Under the pieces are notes generated by a model. That model saw only the letters and a program-made list of their open reading frames with translations. It had not been told where the DNA came from and searched no databases. This document shows positions 17,756-24,264 of a stretch of 45,518 nt of DNA, in pieces (the first letter of the stretch is position 1; every line of letters starts with the position of its first letter). Source of the stretch: a virus; the IMG/VR virus record IMGVR_UViG_3300028586_000006, positions 1-45,518 of that record. One strand, written 5' to 3'. Both the position numbers and the translations under genes were made by a program.

Positions 17756-17841
17756 CCGCCACCGATATCGCCGCAGCCGTCGACGCGCTGGCGCGTCGCC
17801 AGGCCGAGCAGGTCGCTCGCATTCGGGTGTGGGCACGGTGA
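17752..17841 (+). CDS. Possible 29-aa micro-ORF (alternative ATG at 17740)
   Basis: The GTG overlaps the upstream stop (GTGA). My translation is VTATDIAAAVDALARRQAEQVARIRVWAR. Confidence 0.3.
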   Translation: MTATDIAAAVDALARRQAEQVARIRVWAR

Positions 17842-17936
17842 GCCGCCGCGACCACGTCACGATCTCGTTGATCGTTCTCGGCGCTGCTTGCGTCTGCGCC
17901 GCCACCGCAGCGGTGATTGCTGCATTCCTGCTATAA
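17838..17936 (+). CDS. Possible 32-aa single-pass membrane micro-protein
   Basis: The GTG overlaps the upstream stop (GTGA). My translation is VSRRDHVTISLIVLGAACVCAATAAVIAAFLL. Confidence 0.35.
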   Translation: MSRRDHVTISLIVLGAACVCAATAAVIAAFLL

Positions 17937-17954
17937 CCACGAAGGAGAGAACCG

Positions 17955-18200
17955 ATGCCGTTCGAAAACGTACCCGAGCCACAGTGGGCGCGTGATGTCT
18001 ATGAGCGCGATCACGACCTGACGCCTGAAGACCTGCAGCGCCGCCTCGACGGCTATTATGCCACCTCGTACACAACCGGCGAACCCGAGCGCGATGCTGC
18101 AGACGGTGCCTGGTCTCGCTGGGCGATGCCGCTGGCGATCGTCCTTGGCATCCTCTTCTGGTCGTCTCTGTGGAGCCTTGTCGAGCCCTACCTGCCCTGA
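17955..18200 (+). CDS. Hypothetical protein with a C-terminal transmembrane helix
   Basis: 81 aa with GAAGGAGAG upstream. The N-terminal part is acidic; the C-terminus is WAMPLAIVLGILFWSSLWSLV. Confidence 0.75.
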   Translation: MPFENVPEPQWARDVYERDHDLTPEDLQRRLDGYYATSYTTGEPERDAADGAWSRWAMPLAIVLGILFWSSLWSLVEPYLP

Positions 18201-18243
18201 TACAACAACGCCACGCATCCCTGCGTGGCGAAGAGCGATCCTG

Positions 18244-18278
18244 CCCGCTGCCGAACCACCGGCAGCGGGTTTTCTTTT
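18244..18278 (+). terminator. Intrinsic terminator ending the + strand cassette. An upstream hairpin at 18210-18229 may serve the converging - strand operon.
   Basis: CCCGCTGCC(g)-aaccac-(c)GGCAGCGGG followed by TTTTCTTTT. A second hairpin, GCCACGCA-tccc-TGCGTGGC, lies at 18210-18229. The whole gap lies between the stops at 18200 (+) and 18280 (-). Confidence 0.8.
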
Positions 18279-18279
18279 G

Positions 18280-20541
18280 TCACTCGGCGGCGGCTCCCAC
18301 CAGCACCCATCGGCGATCGCGGTTCTTCCCGAACTTGTCCTGCCGGTAGCCGCATGCTTTCATCACCTTGCCGATCCGCATCTTGCGGCCGTGGTCGACG
18401 TCCCGGGCCGGGATGCCGAGCGCCGCGGTGAGGATGTCGGACGCAGCCAGTCCGCCCTCGACCTCGCCGTTCGTCCGCGTGCCCGTCACGTCGGCGGGTT
18501 GGCGCAACCAGCGCTCGACGAGCGGCACCCACGGATCGTCGATCTTGTAGTCGACGTGGACGTCCTTCGCGAGCCGCTCGGCGTCCTCCCACTGAATGCC
18601 GTCGATGCCGTAGACGACCGCCGCTTCGGCCCACAGCTGCGTGCAGTCGCGCCGGATCGCCTCGACCATGATGTCGCCGCACGTCGCCACCTCGGCAGGC
18701 AACCAGCGCCGCTCGCCGGTGTCGTCGGCGAGCAACGCCTGCACGTTGGTCGACCCGAGCAGCACGAACCGCCGCGGGTAGCTCGTCGTAAATTCCTTGA
18801 ACTTCGGGATCCAGTCCTCGTGCGTCCGGCTGATCCACGCCTTGATGCTCTCGCTGTCGCGCGACCACAGACCGCGTAGTTCCTCCAGTTCGCACACCAG
18901 CCGACCGCGCAGCCGCCGCGACAGGTTGTCGTCCCGCGCTGTCAGGTCGACGTCGGTATAGGTCTCGACGCTCGGCGCCATCGCCTTGATCGCTGACGTC
19001 TTGCGTGCGCCCTGCTCTCCGTAGAAGATCGGCACCATGTCGGCCTGGCACCCCGGCGACCGCACCCGACCGGCGAGAGCGGTCCACAGGTAGCGCGACA
19101 CGGCGCGGGTGTAGGCGGTGTCTTCGGTGCCGAAATAACGCGGCAGGAACGTCCCGATCCGCTCGACGCCGTCCCATTGCTGCCGTGATAGCCATTCCTG
19201 CGCGCTGTCGAACTCATTCTGCGCCGCCACGAAATGCACGGCGTCGCGCAGCATGTCCTTGCCGACGCCCTTCACGCCAATACGTTCAAGGATGATTTTG
19301 ATACGGGTGTAATCGGCGTCGTTGAACGTCTGCCACGGCTCTTCGCCCGCCGGCGCTTCCCAGTCGCACCAGACGATCTCTTCCTTGAACATGTCGAGCG
19401 CGAGACGCGTCTGCGTGATATCGGGGCGCAGCAACAGCTTGTTGATGTTGTCGCTGGTGCCCTCTATCCGGTTCTGCTTGTCGCGCGTCAGCGCGGGCAT
19501 GTCATGCTCCGACACGTCGATCTCCGGTATGTAATAGCGCGGGATGACCCGCGGAGTTCCGCCAGCGGATACTGCCGGCGGCAGCGCCTCGACCCGGGCC
19601 GGCAATGCCGAAAAACCGCTGCCGATATAGCCGGTCTTCGCCTGGAAGTCGTGATCGGTACGCGCGGCGCAGTGCGCGTGGAGGCACTTCATGTGCCCGC
19701 GCTCGTAGCCGCCGGTGCCCGCCATGAAATAGGCGGTCGACGTGATGCCGCTGTCGGAGGTGTGGTCGTCTTCGAACGGGCAGCGCAGGTAGAGCTCACC
19801 GTCGGGGCCGGTGTCGTAGACCTCCCACCGTTCGACGAGCCACTGGCCGAAGCTGTCGGTCAACGCGCCGTCGAATACAGCGCCGCTGCCTTCGCGCTTC
19901 GCGCGCGCGATCGTCGGCTCCCCGGTGGCGAACAACGCGACAAGCGTCGACCAGACGGCGTGCAGCTCGGCATCGGTCAGCGTAGGGATTGATGCCGGCA
20001 GCCCGGCAGCGCAGTCCCATTCGTACGGCACGCCGCTGTCGTGCATGCCGGCTGCGATGAACTGCTGCCCATCGCCGAGGAACTCGACGATCCCGCCGTC
20101 GACGGGCGCCACGCGCTTCGTCATCTCGGGTTCGTAGCGGAAAGCGAGCAGCCGCTTGCCACTATTCCCGCGCCGCCGGGCGGGCAGCACGATGCCGTCC
20201 AGCACGGTGACGATCATCTGCTCGATCGCGTCGGCCTTGTCGGGGTCAGGCACGTCGATATCGATCGCGCGCACCGCGCGTGCCTGGATGCACATGCCGT
20301 AATCCGGTTCCCGGCTCCAGCGATCGATGTCGGCGGACGACGCGTGGAACGCGGTCCACTTGCCGAGCCCGACGACTTCGCGATTGCGGTCGTAGACGCT
20401 CGGCGTCTTGCCGAGGCTCTTCATCGTCGACCGCTCCGCGATCGCGGCGTTCGGGTTGCTGACGACCGGCAGCAGGTGCTCGGTCAGGTCGAGGCGGTCG
20501 GCGAAATGCCGCCACGCCTCTTCAGGGGCGCCGTAGCGCAT
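18280..20541 (-). CDS. Bifunctional primase-polymerase / VirE-type (D5-like) P-loop NTPase
   Basis: 753 aa from ATG 20541 (CTGGAGAAC SD with a 5-nt spacer).
- The N-terminal prim-pol-like region includes ...AVRAIDIDVPD...
- A Cys/His cluster follows: CPFEDDHTSDS...HMKCLHAHC.
- The C-terminal VirE-like domain has the P-loop FYGEQGARKTS.

The longer track ORF (to 20919) overlaps the HTH gene and is Arg-rich. Confidence 0.85.
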   Translation of the reverse strand: MRYGAPEEAWRHFADRLDLTEHLLPVVSNPNAAIAERSTMKSLGKTPSVYDRNREVVGLGKWTAFHASSADIDRWSREPDYGMCIQARAVRAIDIDVPDPDKADAIEQMIVTVLDGIVLPARRRGNSGKRLLAFRYEPEMTKRVAPVDGGIVEFLGDGQQFIAAGMHDSGVPYEWDCAAGLPASIPTLTDAELHAVWSTLVALFATGEPTIARAKREGSGAVFDGALTDSFGQWLVERWEVYDTGPDGELYLRCPFEDDHTSDSGITSTAYFMAGTGGYERGHMKCLHAHCAARTDHDFQAKTGYIGSGFSALPARVEALPPAVSAGGTPRVIPRYYIPEIDVSEHDMPALTRDKQNRIEGTSDNINKLLLRPDITQTRLALDMFKEEIVWCDWEAPAGEEPWQTFNDADYTRIKIILERIGVKGVGKDMLRDAVHFVAAQNEFDSAQEWLSRQQWDGVERIGTFLPRYFGTEDTAYTRAVSRYLWTALAGRVRSPGCQADMVPIFYGEQGARKTSAIKAMAPSVETYTDVDLTARDDNLSRRLRGRLVCELEELRGLWSRDSESIKAWISRTHEDWIPKFKEFTTSYPRRFVLLGSTNVQALLADDTGERRWLPAEVATCGDIMVEAIRRDCTQLWAEAAVVYGIDGIQWEDAERLAKDVHVDYKIDDPWVPLVERWLRQPADVTGTRTNGEVEGGLAASDILTAALGIPARDVDHGRKMRIGKVMKACGYRQDKFGKNRDRRWVLVGAAAE

Positions 20542-20564
20542 GTCGACGTTCTCCAGACGAAAGG

Positions 20565-20816
20565 TTACTTGGTAGCGCGGCGCTCGAGCTCGCACAACGG
20601 GATCTTGTAGAGCTGGTGGAGATGCAGCGCGCGCTCCTTCGGCAGCCACCCTTGCCGCTTGAAGAAGTGGATCGCCTGGCGGGTCACCCCCATCCGCGCC
20701 GCCAGTTCCTCGACAGCGCCGGCGGGCACATCGCGCGCCGCGCCGTCCAGGCCGGCGAGATGCAGCGCCTTGTCGATACCGGTCATCGAGTTCAGGATCT
20801 TCTCGTCGGGCGTCAT
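20565..20816 (-). CDS. Cro/YdaS-like helix-turn-helix regulator
   Basis: 83 aa. GAVEELAARMGVTRQAIHFFKRQGWLPKERALHL fits the YdaS/Cro HTH pattern (lgvs.qavs.W...g.vP..r). AAGAGGAAAG lies upstream. Confidence 0.75.
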   Translation of the reverse strand: MTPDEKILNSMTGIDKALHLAGLDGAARDVPAGAVEELAARMGVTRQAIHFFKRQGWLPKERALHLHQLYKIPLCELERRATK

Positions 20817-20915
20817 CGGCTCGGTCTTTCCTCTTTGGCGTTTCGGTCTTTGTTGACCTCGGAATGGTAGATTTCGGGTGACGGGGGATCGCGGGGCGGT
20901 GTTGTCGGAATGCTC

Positions 20916-21260
20916 TCACCCACGATCCGTCTCCTTATTGCCGAGGGCGTCTTCGATGGCGTCGTATGTGCCGCAAACCAAAAGCTCGGGATCTTCAGCG
21001 TCGATCCACCACACGTTGTCGTTCGTCTGCTTGACCCGCATCAGCAAGTCGCGCGCAGCCTCCAACGCCTCCTCCAGCGCCTTAACCCGATCCCGCGTGT
21101 CTTGGGTGGGGGTGGGGAGAGTGATGGGCATCAATGGGCCGCGGGTGCATGGCTCGTCCTGATTGAACCGATCGGCTCGCTTCCCGCAGTTCTGACAATC
21201 GCCAAGGTAGAAGTCGCATACGTCGCGCTTCCACTGCACACGCTCCAGCTTATCCACCAT
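20916..21260 (-). CDS. Hypothetical protein with a CxxC-containing N-terminus
   Basis: 114 aa from ATG 21260 (GGGGAGAAGC upstream): MVDKLERVQWKRDVCDFYLGDCQNCGKRADRF... The upstream extension in the track ORF is Arg-rich and was rejected. Confidence 0.7.
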   Translation of the reverse strand: MVDKLERVQWKRDVCDFYLGDCQNCGKRADRFNQDEPCTRGPLMPITLPTPTQDTRDRVKALEEALEAARDLLMRVKQTNDNVWWIDAEDPELLVCGTYDAIEDALGNKETDRG

Positions 21261-21510
21261 GCTTCTCCCCGTTGCCCGCGCCGTGCTGGTGCGGGCTGGC
21301 GTGAAAGCCGTGCGCGGCCTTGCACGCGGCTTCGTCGTCGTTGGGATGGACGAACGTACCCCCTCCCAGCGCTGTCCGGTGCCGAACGCCAGCCGCCTTG
21401 AAGATAGCCGCGTCCTCGGCATACCAGCCCCAGCGAACGCCGCCGATCGTGCGGTAGCAGTCCGCACCGGCTTTCACGCCAGCCGCGTTTCTACTCCATG
21501 CGCCGCTCAC
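21250..21510 (-). CDS. Hypothetical protein
   Basis: 86 aa. The GTG start overlaps the Lar-like stop (GTGA) and GGGAG lies upstream. Sequence begins VSGAWSRNAAGVKAGADCYRTIGGVRWGWYAEDAAIFKAAG... Confidence 0.55.
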   Translation of the reverse strand: MSGAWSRNAAGVKAGADCYRTIGGVRWGWYAEDAAIFKAAGVRHRTALGGGTFVHPNDDEAACKAAHGFHASPHQHGAGNGEKHGG

Positions 21511-21878
21511 GCTCCCTTCCCCCCGTGCTGGTGCGGATCGGTGGCGAGGGCGCACCGTAGGGCAGCAACAGCTTGGCGGTGGTTGTAGTCTGTCGCGAAC
21601 CATATTGGCGATAATGCTTCAACCGCCCGCTCGATCGTCGCCGCGTCCAGCTTGTCCGGGGCGGAGCGCTGGTTCCAAGCGGCGATTGCGTCACGCTGCT
21701 CGTATGGCCACAGGTATGGCGTACGGTCTTGCATCTCGACAACGAAGCGCTGCCCTTCTGCTTCGCACTCATCGCAAGAGACATAGATGTCCGCACAGTC
21801 GGCCTGCACCTGCTCAGACGGGATCGTCAGTGACGCCTCGCCCCCGCAAAACGGGCACGGCTTCAATTCCCCGCTCAC
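21507..21878 (-). CDS. Lar-family restriction-alleviation-like protein with a C-terminal extension
   Basis: 123 aa from GTG 21878 (GGAGGG 6 nt upstream; GTGA overlap). LKPCPFCGGEASL...YVSCDECEAEG...RDAIAAWNQR matches the Lar_restr_allev zinc-ribbon signature. About 55 further residues follow it. Confidence 0.7.
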   Translation of the reverse strand: MSGELKPCPFCGGEASLTIPSEQVQADCADIYVSCDECEAEGQRFVVEMQDRTPYLWPYEQRDAIAAWNQRSAPDKLDAATIERAVEALSPIWFATDYNHRQAVAALRCALATDPHQHGGKGA

Positions 21879-22228
21879 TTCCCGCCCTCCGTCTCGCCCG
21901 CGCCTGTGGTCGGGTTCAGGGATGCGAGGGCGAACCAGAGAACCTTGCACGCGGCGTGGATCGCCTGATCCTGATTGTAGGACAGCTTGCCGCGACACTT
22001 GGCATCGTCGGTGATCGCGTGAACGATCGTCTCGGCAATCCCCAGCGCCGGGGACCGCGTGATGAGACCCACAGCCGCGCCATGGATGATCGCGTGCGCG
22101 CCAAGCGCCTGATACCACGGCACGCCCGGCAATGGTGCCGTGCGGTTCTTCGCTTTCGCCAGAAAGTCGCCTTGCAGTGGGTAGTCGCAGAGCGCGTGCA
22201 CTGCGATCATCGTCAGCAGACGGTTCAT
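21875..22228 (-). CDS. DUF3307-like membrane protein
   Basis: 117 aa from ATG 22228 (GGAGAG upstream; ATGA overlap). MNRLLTMIAVHALCDYPLQGDFLAKAK...HAIIHGAAV...HAITDDAKC matches the His/Asp-rich DUF3307 pattern as I remember it. Confidence 0.65.
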   Translation of the reverse strand: MNRLLTMIAVHALCDYPLQGDFLAKAKNRTAPLPGVPWYQALGAHAIIHGAAVGLITRSPALGIAETIVHAITDDAKCRGKLSYNQDQAIHAACKVLWFALASLNPTTGAGETEGGK

Positions 22229-22998
22229 GCTAAGCTCTCCAGCCATGTGATCGTATCCATCCAGCGTTGCTCATCGTCGGCGTTGCATTCGAGGCAGCCT
22301 TGTGTCAGCCGCAGATTGCGGCGCGCTTCTGCGGTCACGGATGTTAGGGTCCGCTCCACCTCCTGCCCCATCGGGGCTTGCGGCGTAGGGGCGGCGGCGA
22401 GCGGGGTGTAGGCGATAATGTCGAGGTCATGCCTGCCTAAATATCCGTGCGCCCAACGCCCTCTAGGTTTGTTGTCATGTAGGTAAACGGGACCGCCTCG
22501 CGTCATTACGCGACCGCCGTCCCAATCACTTGGTTGCCCGTTGCCGTCGTGCGCCACCATGCCCGCCGGTATAGTCGGCGTCGGGGTGGCGTAGAGCGGC
22601 GTTACGGTGCGAAGGTTGCTCGGCTCCGGAATGTACGCGGGCTTGCGCAAGAGCGCCGGTTCCGCGCCTTTCTGCTCAATCCAGTAGCCGAACGGCTCGG
22701 CCCCATCCTGCGCCGTCGCACCGGGGGCGGGATAACCGCCATCTTCGGCATCCATTGCTCGACCGATCGCGGCAACATCTTCGGCGGTCGCCGGCTTTCC
22801 GTTGATGCGAATACCCTGCGCCTGCGATGCGTCCTGATCGCTAGGTGCGGGGGTGGCGGGCTCTACAACTTCGTCTCCAGGCAGAGGATGATCCGTCTCA
22901 CGGTATACATATTCGTGGATGGGATTAGCGCAACCACAGCCGCTGATAAGACCGCCGCCTTCGATGCAGCAAAGCGCGGCTTTGTAACGAACCTTCAT
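22225..22998 (-). CDS. Hypothetical protein
   Basis: 257-aa ORF with a Cys-rich N-terminus (ALCCIEGGGLISGCGC) and a Pro/Ala-rich middle. Coupled at both ends. Confidence 0.75.
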   Translation of the reverse strand: MKVRYKAALCCIEGGGLISGCGCANPIHEYVYRETDHPLPGDEVVEPATPAPSDQDASQAQGIRINGKPATAEDVAAIGRAMDAEDGGYPAPGATAQDGAEPFGYWIEQKGAEPALLRKPAYIPEPSNLRTVTPLYATPTPTIPAGMVAHDGNGQPSDWDGGRVMTRGGPVYLHDNKPRGRWAHGYLGRHDLDIIAYTPLAAAPTPQAPMGQEVERTLTSVTAEARRNLRLTQGCLECNADDEQRWMDTITWLESLA

Positions 22999-23237
22999 GC
23001 TTCCGACTCCTGTTCGGAGAAAGCGATGGCGTTCAGGCAGGTGTCGCGAATGTCTGCCCGCTGACGCTCGGCGAACTCGCGATGCTCATTGCGCGGCTTG
23101 TTAATCATGACCGCGATTCCCCGCGCTCCGATGACATCGTGGCTCCGCTTGTGCTCAACCGCACAGACTTTCATCGCAGTGAAATATTTCAAGCCTTGCG
23201 TAATCTGCTCAGACGCGAGCGGGGTTGCGTCGGTCAT
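22995..23237 (-). CDS. Hypothetical protein (first gene of the leftward early operon)
   Basis: 80 aa from ATG 23237, preceded by CTGGAGGAC at 8 nt: MTDATPLASEQITQGLKYFTAMKV... The TTG-started extension to 23294 would run through the promoter and was rejected. Confidence 0.7.
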   Translation of the reverse strand: MTDATPLASEQITQGLKYFTAMKVCAVEHKRSHDVIGARGIAVMINKPRNEHREFAERQRADIRDTCLNAIAFSEQESEA

Positions 23238-23264
23238 GGGTTGTGTCCTCCAGGTTCGAAAATC

Positions 23265-23294
23265 TATATGCCCGAAATCGCTATACCCCGTCAA
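23265..23294 (-). promoter_or_regulatory. Putative leftward early promoter (TTGACG-N18-CATATA)
   Basis: The - strand reads TTGACG (23294-23289), 18 nt, then CATATA (23270-23265), about 28 nt upstream of the SD of gene 22995..23237. The layout is identical to that of the tRNA promoter. Confidence 0.55.
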
Positions 23295-23298
23295 GGGC

Positions 23299-23328
23299 TT
23301 GACAGCGTAAAGTCGATAGCGGATATCG
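23299..23328 (+). promoter_or_regulatory. Putative rightward early promoter (TTGACA-N17-GATATC) with an embedded CGATA-N5-TATCG inverted repeat
   Basis: TTGACA at 23299-23304 and GATATC at 23322-23327. The inverted repeat is 23314-23318 / 23324-23328. The two divergent -35 boxes form the palindrome GTCAAG-gg-CTTGAC (23290-23303). Confidence 0.5.
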
Positions 23329-23354
23329 GGCGTCGTTCAATCTGGAGGACGAAA

Positions 23355-23609
23355 ATGGGTATCGAGAATGCGACCTTTCACCTGTTCAAGCCGTCGGGCA
23401 AGTGGGGCTACAGCGGACGCGGGCATCTGTCCGCTGACGTGTTCCATGTCTTCACGCATTTCGCGCAGCGGCAGCAGATCCTGCGCGATAACGGTGGCAA
23501 GATGCCGGGCATCAACGGCACGGGCGACGGTTATCATATTGTCGCGATCGGCGACGAGGATCTGGCGCACGGCTTCCCGCTGCACCTCAACGCGATGCCC
23601 GTCACGTGA
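23355..23609 (+). CDS. Hypothetical early protein
   Basis: 84 aa from ATG 23355 (TCTGGAGGAC upstream): MGIENATFHLFKPSGKWGYSGRGHLSADVF... Confidence 0.7.
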   Translation: MGIENATFHLFKPSGKWGYSGRGHLSADVFHVFTHFAQRQQILRDNGGKMPGINGTGDGYHIVAIGDEDLAHGFPLHLNAMPVT

Positions 23610-23752
23610 CCGCCCCGCGCTCCTACAAGACTGTGCTGCGCGCGATCGGCCGGCACAAGCCGGTGCCTGACAGCTTCCGTACAGTGAAGAAGCCGGGCGA
23701 TCTCGTCATCGGGCGAACCGATCGCCCTGCGACCGTCATCCGAACCGCTTGA
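23606..23752 (+). CDS. Possible 48-aa early protein (below the ORF-track cutoff)
   Basis: The GTG overlaps the upstream stop (GTGA). My translation is VTAPRSYKTVLRAIGRHKPVPDSFRTVKKPGDLVIGRTDRPATVIRTA. The composition is Lys-containing and protein-like. Confidence 0.4.
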   Translation: MTAPRSYKTVLRAIGRHKPVPDSFRTVKKPGDLVIGRTDRPATVIRTA

Positions 23753-23777
23753 CAGTCATCGCGGCACCCGTCATGGA

Positions 23778-23853
23778 AATGGTGTCCTCGCTTGGGGCAC
23801 CGTTCTCCAGACGGTAAGGGGCGTCGCGATCCACCCTCGCGGCGCCCCTTTTT
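23778..23853 (+). ncRNA. Candidate small regulatory RNA or 3'-UTR element carrying an anti-Shine-Dalgarno 13-mer
   Basis: It has a hairpin at 23781-23801, CGTTCTCCAGACG at 23801-23813, and a terminator hairpin plus TTTTT at 23818-23853. A TTGACA lies at 23749-23754 upstream. See the findings for the five complementary RBSs. The 5' end is unknown. Confidence 0.4.
23818..23853 (+). terminator. Strong intrinsic terminator
   Basis: GGGGCGTCGCGA-tccaccc-TCGCGGCGCCCC (12 bp with one G.U), followed by TTTTT. Confidence 0.85.
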
Positions 23854-23854
23854 A

Positions 23855-23869
23855 CTTGTTGACAACAAG
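23855..23869. promoter_or_regulatory. Palindrome CTTGTTG-A-CAACAAG overlapping a TTGACA -35 box (candidate operator/promoter for the rightward replication operon)
   Basis: Read directly. TTGACA is at 23859-23864. The related TTGTTGAC recurs at 20850-20857, upstream of the Cro-like gene. Confidence 0.4.
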
Positions 23870-23910
23870 CGATTAGCGGTTCAGGTTGCCGCTGTTTCTG
23901 GAGAACAAAT

Positions 23911-24246
23911 ATGACACAGCCATTGCGTGAACCCGCGCCACCCGAAGCCGGTGACTGGGTGATCTACGCCGCCGCGCGTCGCAATAGCCGGCACCCGCTC
24001 GGCGCGCCGTATGCAGCCGGAATGTTGAAGGAACAGGGCGTCGGCGGATGGACAGTCGAGACGCACGAGAAGGGTGGTCCGACGACCTTTGTCATCGACA
24101 ACCGGATCCGGCGCACGTTCCTGACCCGCGGCGAAGCCGCTATCACGCTGCGCTACATTAACAAAGCCATCGCTGCGTTCGAAGAAGAACGCGACACCCT
24201 GCTCCCGCGCTACCAGGTACGGGTTGCCGGTATCCTTTCGATTTAA
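23911..24246 (+). CDS. Hypothetical protein
   Basis: 111-aa ORF with the SD TCTGGAGAAC 4 nt upstream of the ATG. Confidence 0.8.
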   Translation: MTQPLREPAPPEAGDWVIYAAARRNSRHPLGAPYAAGMLKEQGVGGWTVETHEKGGPTTFVIDNRIRRTFLTRGEAAITLRYINKAIAAFEEERDTLLPRYQVRVAGILSI

Positions 24247-24264
24247 CCACGGAGAACGAAGACC

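Noticed and set aside
20853-20880. A + strand TTGACC at 20853-20858 as a promoter firing antisense into the leftward operon.
   Set aside because: No acceptable -10 lies at the proper spacing. The sequence is better read as part of the upstream or operator region of the - strand HTH gene.
20542-20919. 126-aa N-terminal extension of the primase ORF (track ORF 18280..20919).
   Set aside because: It is Arg-rich and overlaps the Cro-like HTH gene (20565..20816), which has good HTH motifs and an RBS. The internal ATG at 20541 has a CTGGAGAAC SD.
23623-23868. 81-aa - strand ORF covering the candidate sRNA and terminator region.
   Set aside because: It has an Arg/Gly-rich composition and no SD. It would be transcribed against a strong + strand terminator. 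The region is better explained by RNA structure.
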